Source: an uncultured candidate division Zixibacteria bacterium
Lineage (GTDB): Bacteria > Zixibacteria > MSB-5A5 > UBA10806 > 4484-95
Direction of reading: 5' to 3'
DNA: 64,000 nt
Assembly (NCBI GenBank): GCA_963668625.2
Contig: CAXXKA010000008.1
Location: 1,280,001 to 1,344,000, forward strand
Both the position numbers and the translations under genes were made by a program. Below, piece by piece: positions 9,476 to 20,783 of this stretch. The notes beneath the pieces are model-generated. The model saw nothing but the letters and a program-made list of their open reading frames with translations, had not been told where the DNA came from and made no database searches. Each line of letters begins with the position of its first letter. The stretch's first letter is position 1.

Positions 9476-11303
9476 CTCGGTAATCTTCTATTGTCGCGTT
9501 TTCATAAACCTGACGGTACCACTCTCTCCAGATATTCTGTCTCTTTTTCGTACCCTCTTCTTTTAAGAGAGAATCGGAGACGGCATCGAATTCGGCCATA
9601 TCGATGGGTTGACGATTGATATACTCCATCAGGTAGCAGCCGTTACGACTTTTGATAGGATCGGAAAGCGGGTTATCCTCGGTCAAATTGAAAGCAGCTC
9701 CTATAAATGCCGGATCGCTGCCGATATTTTGTACGAAATCGTTACGCGAGAAATATTCCGTTTCTTTCAAGCTGCGGTTTTCCTGGTCGCACAATTGCTT
9801 CAGGTTAAGCTTATTGTCAACCATAACACGATGTAGCTGTTGACCTTTCTCGAAAGCTTTTTCGGCCAGAATCTCACGTTTTAACATGCCCTCGATACCT
9901 GACTTGACGTCTTCTAAAGGTTTGTAGCCGGCTTTGTTGTATTCGCCCTTAGTGGCGACCATGAAGAAATTTCTGGTGTCGACAACATCGCTGACATCGC
10001 CGGTTTTACCATCGAAAGCCAGGTCGCTGAGTTTGGCGTTTACGCCTACACCCCTGATCGAACCATTACGGGGGAAAGCCGGTGTACTTTCTATTTTATA
10101 TTCCTTTTCCTCGGCTGTTTTAACGAAACCGAACTCCATTGCCTCCTGGCGGAACAGATCGGCTTCAGCCCTGATATCGGCCAATGTCTGATCGGAAACC
10201 TCTGTTTTCAAAAGGATGTGACTGGCTTTGATCTGGTTCTCAGGCTGACCTTTGTCGTTTGTATCGCGCTTGCCGGTGAGCTTGATAATGTGCCACCCGA
10301 ATTGGCTCAGTATAGGCTTGGAAACATCGCCGATATTTTTCAGCGCGAAAGCGGCGTTCTCGAAAGGTTTAACCATCTTACCTTTGCCGAACCAACCCAG
10401 GTCGCCGCCTCTACTGGCCGAGCCATCCTGTGAATGCTCTTTCGCCATCTCCGCGAAATCCGCTCCCGCTTGTACGATACCCTCGTAGATATCCTGTATC
10501 GCTATCTTGATGGAATCCAAATCCTCCTGGCCGGCTTCTTTCATGAACGACACGTACTGCAGAGTAGCCGTCTCATCGGTTTTATAATTTTCCTTATCCT
10601 GCTCGTAACGATCGCGAATCATTTGCTCGGTGATTCCCAGGCCGGTGGTATCGATCTCATTAGTTGAGATATTCGTATAGTTGACTTTTACTTTCTCGTT
10701 TTTGACCTTGTAGTCCTCGAGTATTTCGGGTTTGGAGACATAAGCGGTCGAGACGACCATCTCCTGAAGTTTATTAATCATGATTTGCGATTTGACGGTG
10801 CTCTCGAGATACAGGAGAACCTGTTCGGCTTGCGGGTCGGGGGAGGTTGCCAGGTTTTGAAGGTAACTCTGGTACTTGGCCGGGTCGAATTGACCATCAG
10901 TTTGGAAATCCTCGACACCGACGAGTTCCCTTGGCGGCATGGCTTTGACATATTCGGTTAGCTCCTCGGGGGTAACCTGAATGTTGTATTTCTTGATTTG
11001 CTGAGCCATCAACACCTGTCCGACTATGCTATTCCAGGTTTCATCCCTGAGTCTTTTTATATCATCCTCGCTGGGATCGTTGTTGGTTTGTAGTAGTTCA
11101 TCATATTTGGAACGATAAGTCTGACTGAATGTTTGAACAGAGACTTCATCATCATTGATTTTCCCCACAGAGTTAGCCTGTCTTTGCCCGCCCTGGCCTT
11201 TACCACTGAGATCCATACCCCAGGCAAAGATAATAGTACCAACGAAAGCCACTGCGACAATTATATAGACCGGCTTAGCTGCTGTCCTTATCGACTTCAT
11301 CAT
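9456..11303 (-). CDS. PpiD/SurA-type periplasmic peptidyl-prolyl isomerase
   Basis: N-terminal TM, SurA-N region, parvulin motifs [38 protein letters not shown]. Confidence 0.92.
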   Translation of the reverse strand: MMKSIRTAAKPVYIIVAVAFVGTIIFAWGMDLSGKGQGGQRQANSVGKINDDEVSVQTFSQTYRSKYDELLQTNNDPSEDDIKRLRDETWNSIVGQVLMAQQIKKYNIQVTPEELTEYVKAMPPRELVGVEDFQTDGQFDPAKYQSYLQNLATSPDPQAEQVLLYLESTVKSQIMINKLQEMVVSTAYVSKPEILEDYKVKNEKVKVNYTNISTNEIDTTGLGITEQMIRDRYEQDKENYKTDETATLQYVSFMKEAGQEDLDSIKIAIQDIYEGIVQAGADFAEMAKEHSQDGSASRGGDLGWFGKGKMVKPFENAAFALKNIGDVSKPILSQFGWHIIKLTGKRDTNDKGQPENQIKASHILLKTEVSDQTLADIRAEADLFRQEAMEFGFVKTAEEKEYKIESTPAFPRNGSIRGVGVNAKLSDLAFDGKTGDVSDVVDTRNFFMVATKGEYNKAGYKPLEDVKSGIEGMLKREILAEKAFEKGQQLHRVMVDNKLNLKQLCDQENRSLKETEYFSRNDFVQNIGSDPAFIGAAFNLTEDNPLSDPIKSRNGCYLMEYINRQPIDMAEFDAVSDSLLKEEGTKKRQNIWREWYRQVYENATIEDYRDEIYGS

Positions 11304-11464
11304 AACGGATAACTCCTTGTATTCTAAATTTTAAGCATCGATTAGTTAATCGACAGAAAACATCATTTTCTTATACAATATACCAATATAAAAAAAGATT
11401 TTATTTTATCAAATAAAAATTAGAACCTTGACCATTGTTTCGGGTTTTTACTAATATAAGTGTT

Positions 11465-13630
11465 ATGAATAAATTGTTAAAAATACGGAATCTCTTACTG
11501 ATGGTAATATTATTCGCTGTTCAGTTATCATATGCCGGAGATTATATGTGGCCGATGAAGATAACGCCGAAATTATCCTCGCAATTCGGTGATTACCGTT
11601 CCGGGCACTGGCATGCGGGGATAGATATAACCACCAGAGGTAAACAGGGTTACAAGGTTTATGCCGTTGACTATGGCTACGTTTATCGGATTAAAACATC
11701 GTTTTGGGGTTACGGCAAAGCGCTTTATTTGAAGCTCAATGACGGTCGCTATGCGGTGTATGGTCATCTCGCCCGGTTCGATCACGATATCGAGGATTAC
11801 GTTCGTAATAAGCAGGTCGAAAGCCGAAAATATTATCAGGATTTGTTTTTCACTCCGGGTCAATTTCCAGTGAAAAAGGGTGACTATATAGCGCTTTCAG
11901 GTCAATCCGGGGCCGGCGCGCCTCATTTGCATCTGGAAGTACGCGATAAAAATAACATTCTTCTCAATCCGCTGCGTGATATATATAGCTATAATGATTC
12001 GAAACCGCCCATGTTAGAGTATCTGGCCTTAAAGAGGTTTAACGATGTCGGGCTGGGAAATTATCACGAGGTGGAATTCCTGACCGTTAGTGGAAACGGG
12101 AACGATCTTATCGTGCCTGATACTATCTCGGCTTACGGCCGGATGGCTCTCTCGCTTTCCGGTTATGATCCTAACGGCGGCTATAATTATGGTTTATATG
12201 CGATCGATATGACTTTGAACGGAGTTGAAATATTCGCTTACGAAAGTAATCATCTGGATTATGCCAGCGGCAATCAAATAGATTACGTGCGTGATCATGC
12301 TTTAAAAGCACGGTGCGATGAGTATTTCGGCGTGCAAAACGATAACGATAAGCACGTATTTTATAAGCTCCATATTCAACCTCACGATACGCAGCTTTTC
12401 TACGATGGCGCAGGCCACCCATCCGGGATTATTTTTGCTGATAGTCTGGATGACGGCGTGAATAAGTTGGAGATAACAATTCGCGATGTTAACGATAACT
12501 CCACTCGTGTCAGTCTGTACCTCAAAAAGGCCGGCCTCGATACGCCCGAGATAGAGTCGATGCATGTTCATAACGATTCTCTGACAATTAAATCTCCTCG
12601 TATCGATGAGGATCACTATGTTGAGATACAATACCGACGGAATGAAGTATCACCATATAAAACAATACCGGCAAGTTTCGATTTATTCGGCGGGCTGACA
12701 GGAATAAGACTTCAACCTGATGCAGGCGGCTACCGCCTGAGACTGATTGACAGTGATCTGGAGTATTCCGAATGGCTGGAGTTCAACCCAGAAAATAAGG
12801 CCGAGAAAGTAACCGCATACGCCGATTATTTAGATCTCGTGATTTATCGGGATGAGCAAATACTGGCCAACCAGAAACCTCTGGATAGTTTCCGGACACT
12901 ACCGTTGCCGGGAGGTTATGTTAAGACACTGATACCGCTGCCGGTCAAGAACGGCTATTTCGCCATCGATTTGAAGGAGGATGACGGCTGCAATACCTTC
13001 TATAAATTCAATTCGGGCGGCTACGCCTACTCGCCCGATTCCACGGTGAAAATCAAAATCAGCGATAGTAATTTATACGATCCGGTCGTGATGCAGATAA
13101 CTAACCCGACTATCGAGAATGGAAACTACGTATTCGAGGTGCTGCCCTCGGATATTCTGTTTAAAAGTCCTGCTGCAATCGAGGTGGACTATGCTCGACT
13201 GGGGATCAACTCCTCCAAAGCCTCGTTATACTTTTACTGGGTACCGAAAAATAAGTGGGTGTATATCGGCGGCGATAAAGCCGGGGCAATAGAGGCTAAA
13301 ACCGGTGGCGGCGGTAAATTCGGTATTATGGCCGATATCAATGGGCCATATATCGGCGCCGTTAAGCCGGGCCACAGAAGCTCGACTTCAGATCGAACTC
13401 CGTATCTATCATGCAAAATCGAGGATCAGCTTTCCGGAATCAAGAGAGAGACTCAGCTGGAGATGACTATAGATGGTATCTGGGTGCCTGCATACTATGA
13501 TATCGATACCAAGGAATATGGCTATCAGGTGAGAAATAATCTCAGGAAATCATCCCATACACTGAGAATAACCGCCACCGACAACCAGGGCAACAAGACA
13601 GTAAAAATCTCGACATTCACGATCAGGTAG
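11465..13630 (+). CDS. M23 metallopeptidase with C-terminal Ig-like domains
   Basis: Signal peptide; HAGID, YGHL, PHLHLE; ATG 11465 preferred over TTG 11435. Confidence 0.85.
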   Translation: MNKLLKIRNLLLMVILFAVQLSYAGDYMWPMKITPKLSSQFGDYRSGHWHAGIDITTRGKQGYKVYAVDYGYVYRIKTSFWGYGKALYLKLNDGRYAVYGHLARFDHDIEDYVRNKQVESRKYYQDLFFTPGQFPVKKGDYIALSGQSGAGAPHLHLEVRDKNNILLNPLRDIYSYNDSKPPMLEYLALKRFNDVGLGNYHEVEFLTVSGNGNDLIVPDTISAYGRMALSLSGYDPNGGYNYGLYAIDMTLNGVEIFAYESNHLDYASGNQIDYVRDHALKARCDEYFGVQNDNDKHVFYKLHIQPHDTQLFYDGAGHPSGIIFADSLDDGVNKLEITIRDVNDNSTRVSLYLKKAGLDTPEIESMHVHNDSLTIKSPRIDEDHYVEIQYRRNEVSPYKTIPASFDLFGGLTGIRLQPDAGGYRLRLIDSDLEYSEWLEFNPENKAEKVTAYADYLDLVIYRDEQILANQKPLDSFRTLPLPGGYVKTLIPLPVKNGYFAIDLKEDDGCNTFYKFNSGGYAYSPDSTVKIKISDSNLYDPVVMQITNPTIENGNYVFEVLPSDILFKSPAAIEVDYARLGINSSKASLYFYWVPKNKWVYIGGDKAGAIEAKTGGGGKFGIMADINGPYIGAVKPGHRSSTSDRTPYLSCKIEDQLSGIKRETQLEMTIDGIWVPAYYDIDTKEYGYQVRNNLRKSSHTLRITATDNQGNKTVKISTFTIR

Positions 13631-13639
13631 TTTCAGGCG

Positions 13640-14290
13640 ATGATACCTATTCGTGATGATATCCGGTCGAGAAAATTCCCGCTTTTCACGATACTATTGA
13701 TTGCCGTAAATATCCTGATTTATATTTATCAAAACCTGATCTATGTCGAGCCCGAGTTGTTCGTCTGGAAATATGCCCTGGTCGCGAAAAGCCTGATAAG
13801 CTTTCAGCCCTTGAACCCGGTCTCTACCTTGCCGCCGCCACTTACGCTTATCACCTCACAGTTTCTTCATGGCGATATATTTCATTTAGGCAGCAATATG
13901 CTTTTTCTGTGGGTTTTCGGCGATAATATCGAGGCGGAGCTTGGTTATTTCAAATACCTGGGATTTTATCTGACCTGTGGTATTATCTCCGGTATCGTAC
14001 AGGTTATCGCTTTCCCGGGGTCTACAATCCCGATGGTGGGCGCCTCGGGTGCTATCTCGGGGATAATGGGCGCTTATCTGCTCAGATTCCCTAAGGCGCG
14101 AGTGGTGACCTGGTTGTTTTTTATCTTCTTCGTTCGCTTACCGGCTGTTGTTTATCTTGGTTTATGGATAATTTTTCAGATCGTGGCCGGCGTGCCTACA
14201 TATGGCAATGATGGCGACGGGGTGGCTTATTTCGCGCATATCGGAGGGTTCATAGCCGGGATGGTATTGTTTAAAGTCTGGAAAAAATAA
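13640..14290 (+). CDS. Rhomboid intramembrane serine protease
   Basis: FLHG..HL..NMLFL..FGDNIE, GASG, AYFAHIGG. Confidence 0.93.
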   Translation: MIPIRDDIRSRKFPLFTILLIAVNILIYIYQNLIYVEPELFVWKYALVAKSLISFQPLNPVSTLPPPLTLITSQFLHGDIFHLGSNMLFLWVFGDNIEAELGYFKYLGFYLTCGIISGIVQVIAFPGSTIPMVGASGAISGIMGAYLLRFPKARVVTWLFFIFFVRLPAVVYLGLWIIFQIVAGVPTYGNDGDGVAYFAHIGGFIAGMVLFKVWKK

Positions 14291-14328
14291 AACTAAACCT
14301 TGAACAGCTAATCAAAGTTAATTAATTT

Positions 14329-14616
14329 ATGCCAGCTAAAAAGAATGTCAGATGTGAGAGATGCGGTAAACGATTGAAAAAAGGCGGTGACAACTACCGT
14401 CTCGAATGCTCCGTGACAGCCGATTTCGACGGCTGTCTAGATGCCTCTATCGCGAATACCAGCCCGGAAGAAATACTCGATGAAATCGAAAAGTCAGAAG
14501 TAACCGAGGCCGAGCTGGAGGAGCAGGTTTATTTCAATACCAGGCAGAAACTCTGTCATGATTGCCGCAACATAATAGTCAGTTTTTTGAAAGGATACGA
14601 GCCTGATGCCCGCTGA
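14329..14616 (+). CDS. Small hypothetical protein, probable Zn-binding (CxxC...CxxC)
   Basis: CERC and CHDC with an acidic middle; overlaps the dnaE start. Confidence 0.7.
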   Translation: MPAKKNVRCERCGKRLKKGGDNYRLECSVTADFDGCLDASIANTSPEEILDEIEKSEVTEAELEEQVYFNTRQKLCHDCRNIIVSFLKGYEPDAR

Positions 14617-17600
14617 TTTCGTTCATCTTCACAACCACACCATGTATTCTCTTCTCGATGGCGCGATAAAAATACCCAATCTGCTGAAAACAGTATCGGG
14701 CATGAATATGAACTCCGTGGCTATCACCGATCACGGCAACTTATTCGGCGCTATCGATTTTTATACACAGGCTAAAAAGAACAGGATAAAACCGATTATC
14801 GGTATAGAAACTTATGTCGCTCCCGGTGATCTTACCGATAAAAGCCCCAACCAGGATGGCGGTCACAGCGGCTACCATCTGGTGTTGCTGGCGAAAAACG
14901 AAACCGGCTATAAGAATTTAATGAAACTGTCCTCGATAGCCTATATCGAGGGTTTCTATTTCAAACCCCGTATCGATAAAAAGGTACTGCGCGAGCATTC
15001 GGAGGGACTTATCGCGCTATCCGCTTGCTTGAAAGGCGAGGTCGCCCAGGCGGCGTTGAAAGATAATGATGATAAAGCGGCGAAAGTCATAAGAGAGTAT
15101 CTCGATATTTTCGATACCGAGGATTTCTATCTGGAGATTCAGGATCACAATATCGATGAGGAACTGACAGTCCGTACCGCCATGAAACGTTACGCCGAGA
15201 AATTCGGTTTGGGGCTGGTTGCCACCAACGATTGCCACTATCTCAAGCAGGAACACGCCGAGGCGCATGAGGTGCTGTTATGCCTTCAAACAGGCAAGAC
15301 CTTGAACGACCTCGATCGGATGAAATACAGCACCGACCAATTATTCTTGAAATCACCCGAGCAGATGAAAGAACTGTTTGCCGATACGCCCGCAGCGATC
15401 GAAAATACGGTCAAGATAGCCGAACGCTGCAATCTCGAGCTGGAGCTGGGAAAGAACAAAGTGCCGGAATTCCCCCTGCCGGAAGGATTCGATACCGAGG
15501 AAACTTACCTGAACCATCTCTGTAACGAGGGCTTGAAAGAGCGTTATGATGAGATAACACCGGAATTCCAGGAGCGTCTCGACTACGAACTTCGCGTTAT
15601 AAAGCAGATGGGCTATTCGGGATATTTCCTGATCGTCCGTGATTTCACCGATTACGCGCGCAGGCACGATATCCCGGTCGGGCCGGGAAGAGGATCAGCG
15701 GCGGGTTCGTTGGTTTCGTATACGCTGGGGATTACCAATATCGATCCCATGCATTACAACCTCCTGTTCGAGAGGTTTTTAAATCCCGAGCGTGTGTCAA
15801 TGCCTGATATCGATATAGATTTCGCCGACCGCCACAGGGGACGAGTGATAGATTACGTGCGCGATAAATACGGCTGGAAAAACGTGGCCCAGATCGTCAC
15901 GTTCGGTTCGATGGCCGCCCGGGCGGTGGTCAGGAATGTCGGCCGGGTGCTTTCGGTACCCTATACCGATATGGATAAGATCGCCAAGATGATACCCGAG
16001 GATATCGGCATGACACTCGATAAGGCGCTCGAGGTATCGGCCGATTTGAAGAAAGCTATCGATGAGGATGAGACTATCGCCAAGGTGTTAGAACACTCGC
16101 TGGTACTCGAGGGCCTGGCCCGTCACTCCTCAACGCATGCGGCCGGTGTGGTTATCGCCCCCGCGCCGCTGACTAATTTCGTGCCCCTCTATCGCTCCAG
16201 CAAGGATGAGATCGCCACCCAGTTCGATATGCGTTGTATCGATTCTATTGGCCTGCTGAAAATGGATTTCCTGGGTCTTCGCACCTTAACTGTCATAGAT
16301 GACGCTATCAAGCTGGTTAAGCAAACACACGGGGTGGAGATCGTTCTGGATGATATCCCTATAGATGACGAACCTGTTTATCAGCTTTTCTCCCGAGGTC
16401 AGACCATCGGCATATTCCAGTTCGAGTCAAGCGGCATGAGAGACTATCTCAGGCGACTGGGACCGACCTGTATCGATGATCTGATCGCTATGAACGCTTT
16501 GTACCGTCCCGGCCCGTTGGATTCGGGTATGATCGATGTATATATCGACTGTAAGCGGGGACGTAAAAAACCGGAGTATCCTCACCCGATGCTCGAGCCG
16601 ATCTTGAAAGACACTTACGGCGTTATCGTGTTCCAGGAACAGGTATTGAAAATCGCGCAGGATATGGCCGGTTTCTCTCTGGGCAAAGCCGATATTCTTC
16701 GTAAAGCGATCGGTAAGAAAATCGCCGAGATGATGGCCCAGCAAAAAGATGAATTCATTGCCGGGGCGGTTAAAAAAGGTGTCGAAAAGACCAAAGCGGA
16801 AAAAGTTTTCGAGATGATCGAGATGTTCGCCCGCTACGGATTCGTGAAAGCGCACGCCACCGGCTACGCGGTCGTTGCCTATCAAACGGCTTATTTGAAA
16901 GCACATTATCCCGCCGAGTTTTTAGCCGCCGCCTTAACCTCGGAGATGGGCAATTCCAGCCGTGTGACTATTTTCAGGCAGGAATGCAAGGAACTCGGTA
17001 TAGAGCTGTTGCCGCCTGATGTCAACGAGGGATTCGCGCATTTTACGGTCGTGGATGGTAAGATAATATTCAGTCTGGCAGCGGTGAAAAATGTCGGTGT
17101 GGGAGCTGTCGAGTCGCTGGTTGCGGTTCGTGAGGAGGGCGGTAAGTTCGCTGATATCACCGATTTCTGCAAACGCGTGAATCTTCACCAGGTAAACAAG
17201 AAAACGCTGGAAAGCCTCATTATCTGCGGGGCGTTCGATTCGATAGAACCCAATCGCGCTATGCTATATAAGAACGTGGAAAACCTGGTAAGTTACGGCT
17301 CTAAACTTCAGAGAGAACAGGAATCGGGGCAGTCCTCGCTGTTTGGCGGAGCCAGCTCGGAGGAGATTGTCAAGCTGACATTAACTGAGGCCACACCCTG
17401 GACGGATGCCGAGATACGCGATCATGAAAAGAACGTGCTCGGGTTCTATCTCAGTTCGCACCCGCTCGAGGATCATCGTATAGAGTACCTTGCTCTTACC
17501 GAATACAAGCTCGAGGAGCTGGCAGATTTGAAAGACCAGTCGGTAGTATTCGTGGGGGGAGTAATAGGCGAGGTTAAAACGGCCATTACCCGCACCAACA

Positions 17601-18097
17601 AACAATATGCAAGGCTCGTGCTGGAGGATTTCACCGACTCCATATCGGTGCTGGTTTTCTCTCCATGTTTCGATAATCGACGCGAATTACTTCAGGAGGG
17701 AAACAGTATATTCGTTTCGGGCGTATTAAATACCAGGGAGGGCGAGAAACCGACAGTCATGGCCGATGAGGTATTGGCTATGGGGGATGCCTACAACGAG
17801 CTTACCGGCAGGCTTCACATACTGGCCGATGAAAGCCGCCTGAAGGATGAGCATATCGACAATTTGGACAAGTTATTCATGGCCAACAGGGGAAATCTGG
17901 AAATCGTATTTCATTTTAAAGCCGATAATGCCGAATTGATTAGTAAGTGCACTAAATATAAGGTCGAGGCCAATCTCGACCTGTTGAGCGGGCTCTCGAG
18001 CAGGTTCGGAGAAAAAGCCATCCGTATGGAGTCAACCAAGAAATTCAGTAACGGAAACGGTCGAGGGGGACATTGGAAAAAGAAGTTTCAAAACTGA
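14606..18097 (+). CDS. dnaE: DNA polymerase III alpha subunit
   Basis: PHP HLHNHT.YSLLDG, GPGRGSAAGS, PDIDIDF, KMDFLGL, C-terminal OB fold. Confidence 0.98.
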   Translation: MPADFVHLHNHTMYSLLDGAIKIPNLLKTVSGMNMNSVAITDHGNLFGAIDFYTQAKKNRIKPIIGIETYVAPGDLTDKSPNQDGGHSGYHLVLLAKNETGYKNLMKLSSIAYIEGFYFKPRIDKKVLREHSEGLIALSACLKGEVAQAALKDNDDKAAKVIREYLDIFDTEDFYLEIQDHNIDEELTVRTAMKRYAEKFGLGLVATNDCHYLKQEHAEAHEVLLCLQTGKTLNDLDRMKYSTDQLFLKSPEQMKELFADTPAAIENTVKIAERCNLELELGKNKVPEFPLPEGFDTEETYLNHLCNEGLKERYDEITPEFQERLDYELRVIKQMGYSGYFLIVRDFTDYARRHDIPVGPGRGSAAGSLVSYTLGITNIDPMHYNLLFERFLNPERVSMPDIDIDFADRHRGRVIDYVRDKYGWKNVAQIVTFGSMAARAVVRNVGRVLSVPYTDMDKIAKMIPEDIGMTLDKALEVSADLKKAIDEDETIAKVLEHSLVLEGLARHSSTHAAGVVIAPAPLTNFVPLYRSSKDEIATQFDMRCIDSIGLLKMDFLGLRTLTVIDDAIKLVKQTHGVEIVLDDIPIDDEPVYQLFSRGQTIGIFQFESSGMRDYLRRLGPTCIDDLIAMNALYRPGPLDSGMIDVYIDCKRGRKKPEYPHPMLEPILKDTYGVIVFQEQVLKIAQDMAGFSLGKADILRKAIGKKIAEMMAQQKDEFIAGAVKKGVEKTKAEKVFEMIEMFARYGFVKAHATGYAVVAYQTAYLKAHYPAEFLAAALTSEMGNSSRVTIFRQECKELGIELLPPDVNEGFAHFTVVDGKIIFSLAAVKNVGVGAVESLVAVREEGGKFADITDFCKRVNLHQVNKKTLESLIICGAFDSIEPNRAMLYKNVENLVSYGSKLQREQESGQSSLFGGASSEEIVKLTLTEATPWTDAEIRDHEKNVLGFYLSSHPLEDHRIEYLALTEYKLEELADLKDQSVVFVGGVIGEVKTAITRTNKQYARLVLEDFTDSISVLVFSPCFDNRRELLQEGNSIFVSGVLNTREGEKPTVMADEVLAMGDAYNELTGRLHILADESRLKDEHIDNLDKLFMANRGNLEIVFHFKADNAELISKCTKYKVEANLDLLSGLSSRFGEKAIRMESTKKFSNGNGRGGHWKKKFQN

Positions 18098-20238
18098 AGA
18101 TAATATTCATACTGATAATAAGCGTATCATTATTCACCGGGGTCAGTCATTCAAGGGGCGATACGCTTTTTGATTTTGATAGCTTATATCTCGCCGGCGA
18201 TTACGATTATCTCATAGACTCTCTCGAAACGAATACTTATCAAAACCGTATCGTCAAAGCCCGGACTTCAGTCAAGGTTGGTTTTTTCGAACGGGCCGAG
18301 AAGATATTGGATGAGTGCGACAACGCCTCGGTAGAAAAAGCGATATTGTATTACCGGATGGGGGCATATAGCAAGGCCACCCGGACTATCGAAAGGCTAA
18401 AGCCGGCAAATGGTTTTCAGGCCGATCTGGTTGCATATTTAAAATTCAAACTGAAAATAGACAATGAATCGATTGACTTGGATGATATTAATGAAAACTC
18501 GCTATTGTTTAACTCGTTGGCCTCGCTTGAAATAGCGAGAAGATGGTACGATAGGGTCGAGGATAAAAGGACTGGCGCAATCGATTCGGCCTTATCATAT
18601 CTCTCTCGAGTCGAGTATTCGACATTGAATAATCTCGATAAGCCGACTTATCATTTTCTCAAATGTAAAATATACAATAACCAGGGCGAGTACGAGGTGG
18701 CGTTAAATCATTTCGATGATTTACTGAAAGCCAACTATATATTCGATAAGGCGGATGAGATCATCTCGTTTGCCGAGGACTCTCTTGCGCCGAATCTCGA
18801 CAGGCAACAGACTCTGAGGTTGGTGAACAGCCTCAAGCGTAAACGTTATTTCGATCAGGCTGTTGTCATCCTGGCCAATGTCGATTCCAATGATACTACT
18901 CGCCTGGAGACAGCCTGGGCGTATTTCGGCGAGAAACAATACACCCGAGCCGCCGCGATTTTCGATAGTCTGGCAAGCTCCGTCGATAGCGCGATAATAG
19001 CCGAGGCGCTGTATGGACTGGCCGTTTGCGATTACCGGCGCGGGAGACGGCTCGATGGCGTTGGTAAGCTTCTGGAGTTTGCCGAAAGCTATCCCACGAA
19101 TATCCTGGCGCCGAGGGCGCTTTTTACAGCCGGCGATTTCTATATGCGGAGTGATCGTTCGCGATCTCTGGATATATTCTCGAAACTGATCGATAGTTAC
19201 CCGGAATCCCGTCACTACCCGCGTGTACTCTATCTGGCGGGCAGTATGTATTCCAAAAGCGGCAAGAATGATCAAGCGGTTGAGATGTTCGCTAAATATC
19301 CCTATGACAACGATACTGCCGACCTGTTCGAGTACTGGCGATTCAAGCTGGCTCCGCAAGATAGTACGCTTTTGAAGAATGTGATCGACAGGAAATACCC
19401 ATCGTTTTACAACTATAAATCGCGCGAGAAACTCGGTTACGATAAGCCCGATACGGTAATCACTTATGATGAATTCCTGAGCGGTTTTTTAGCAAAAGCC
19501 GAGAAATACTTGGGCTGGAGAGTTAAACGTCATGTCTTCGATCGGGGACAGGTTGATTTGGTTGACAGTTTGTTCAAGTATGGCCTGGAATACGAGGCCG
19601 GATTACAGCTCGTAAACATTCATGGCAAAACTAAAAATTATTATCGCGATATCGAACTTATCCGCAAAGCTTACGATCTGAAACTCGAATGGGCTTATTT
19701 CGAGATACTGGAGGATTTCAAGGAATCACTTCAGAAGTTAGGCTATTCGTTCAGCTTTCATACCTGGGACAGGCTGAAATATCCATTCCTGTACCGGGCT
19801 TTAGTCCGGTTTCACGCTAAGGATAGAACCGATCCTTACCTGGCTCTATCGGTAATCAGGCGGGAAAGCCGTTTCGATCCTCTGGCGGTTTCCAATGTCG
19901 GCGCTCTGGGTTTGATGCAGTTAATGCCGGCTACAGCGGCTCAGATGGCTCGTATGGATGAGGTGCCGGTGGCCTGGATGTTCGAGCCGGGGTATAATAT
20001 TCTATTGGGATGTAAATATCTTCGCTGGCTGGATGTACGCCTAAAGAAAGATGAGATAGTCGTAGCCGCCTACAACGCCGGCCCGACAGCCGCCAAGAGG
20101 TGGAAACGTATGGCCGGAATCGATACCGAAACTTATATAGAAACCATCGGTTACGATCAGAGCCGCAATTACACCCGCTGGGTAATCGGCGATTATTACT
20201 GGTATCGATTCTTATGGCCTAAAACGGTTAATGAGTAA
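18073..20238 (+). CDS. TPR-containing soluble lytic transglycosylase
   Basis: Signal peptide, TPR-like helices, IRRESRF, GALGLMQLMP, AYNAG. Confidence 0.9.
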   Translation: MEKEVSKLKIIFILIISVSLFTGVSHSRGDTLFDFDSLYLAGDYDYLIDSLETNTYQNRIVKARTSVKVGFFERAEKILDECDNASVEKAILYYRMGAYSKATRTIERLKPANGFQADLVAYLKFKLKIDNESIDLDDINENSLLFNSLASLEIARRWYDRVEDKRTGAIDSALSYLSRVEYSTLNNLDKPTYHFLKCKIYNNQGEYEVALNHFDDLLKANYIFDKADEIISFAEDSLAPNLDRQQTLRLVNSLKRKRYFDQAVVILANVDSNDTTRLETAWAYFGEKQYTRAAAIFDSLASSVDSAIIAEALYGLAVCDYRRGRRLDGVGKLLEFAESYPTNILAPRALFTAGDFYMRSDRSRSLDIFSKLIDSYPESRHYPRVLYLAGSMYSKSGKNDQAVEMFAKYPYDNDTADLFEYWRFKLAPQDSTLLKNVIDRKYPSFYNYKSREKLGYDKPDTVITYDEFLSGFLAKAEKYLGWRVKRHVFDRGQVDLVDSLFKYGLEYEAGLQLVNIHGKTKNYYRDIELIRKAYDLKLEWAYFEILEDFKESLQKLGYSFSFHTWDRLKYPFLYRALVRFHAKDRTDPYLALSVIRRESRFDPLAVSNVGALGLMQLMPATAAQMARMDEVPVAWMFEPGYNILLGCKYLRWLDVRLKKDEIVVAAYNAGPTAAKRWKRMAGIDTETYIETIGYDQSRNYTRWVIGDYYWYRFLWPKTVNE

Positions 20239-20458
20239 CTACTACTTAAGGATAAGCAGTAATATTTCCTATAAATAAATTAGGGAAAAAGGATATATAA
20301 ATGTCTTGCAATAATGTATTAATCAATTGCAAATCAATAACGTGTTAGCTTTAATGTGACTAAAAACCAAATTTATATGCGAATGGGAGATTGTTAATGT
20401 AACGATTTTATGTAGAATAATGATAAATTCTTAAAAGGCATAGTTTTTACTTACTTTA

Positions 20459-20710
20459 TTATGGACATTTTCTTGCGGAACAACCTACAACATTAAAATC
20501 ATAAATTCTCTTTTCTGGGTTAGCCTCGCGGCGACTAATTTTCGCTTTATTGCACGCATCTCTTTCATTTCTTGCACTTACAACGGTAATATAAACACGT
20601 TGTGTATCAGCTATGTTGTTTTCGTTACTGGGTGGATCAAATTTTATTTTATTTTTTTCAGTCCACTTAGGAAAAGGTTCATAAATAATCTCGACACAGA
20701 ATTTCGGCAT
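20459..20710 (-). CDS. Small hypothetical protein in AT-rich islet
   Basis: 83 aa ORF with AAGGA RBS, directly downstream of the kinase. Confidence 0.6.
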   Translation of the reverse strand: MPKFCVEIIYEPFPKWTEKNKIKFDPPSNENNIADTQRVYITVVSARNERDACNKAKISRREANPEKRIYDFNVVGCSARKCP

Positions 20711-20783
20711 TAAAATTTCCTTTATTTTTTATTGGTGGTTTTAAAATTAACTTATAACTTAAAGGGATTAGCTTTTTGTCGAA

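Noticed and set aside
14606-18097. Intein or split dnaE
   Set aside because: Normal length, continuous motifs, no intein splice motifs seen.
20711-20783. Integron attC sites around the AT-rich genes (also checked near 57007)
   Set aside because: No RYYYAAC...GTTRRRY pair with proper spacing, and no integrase.
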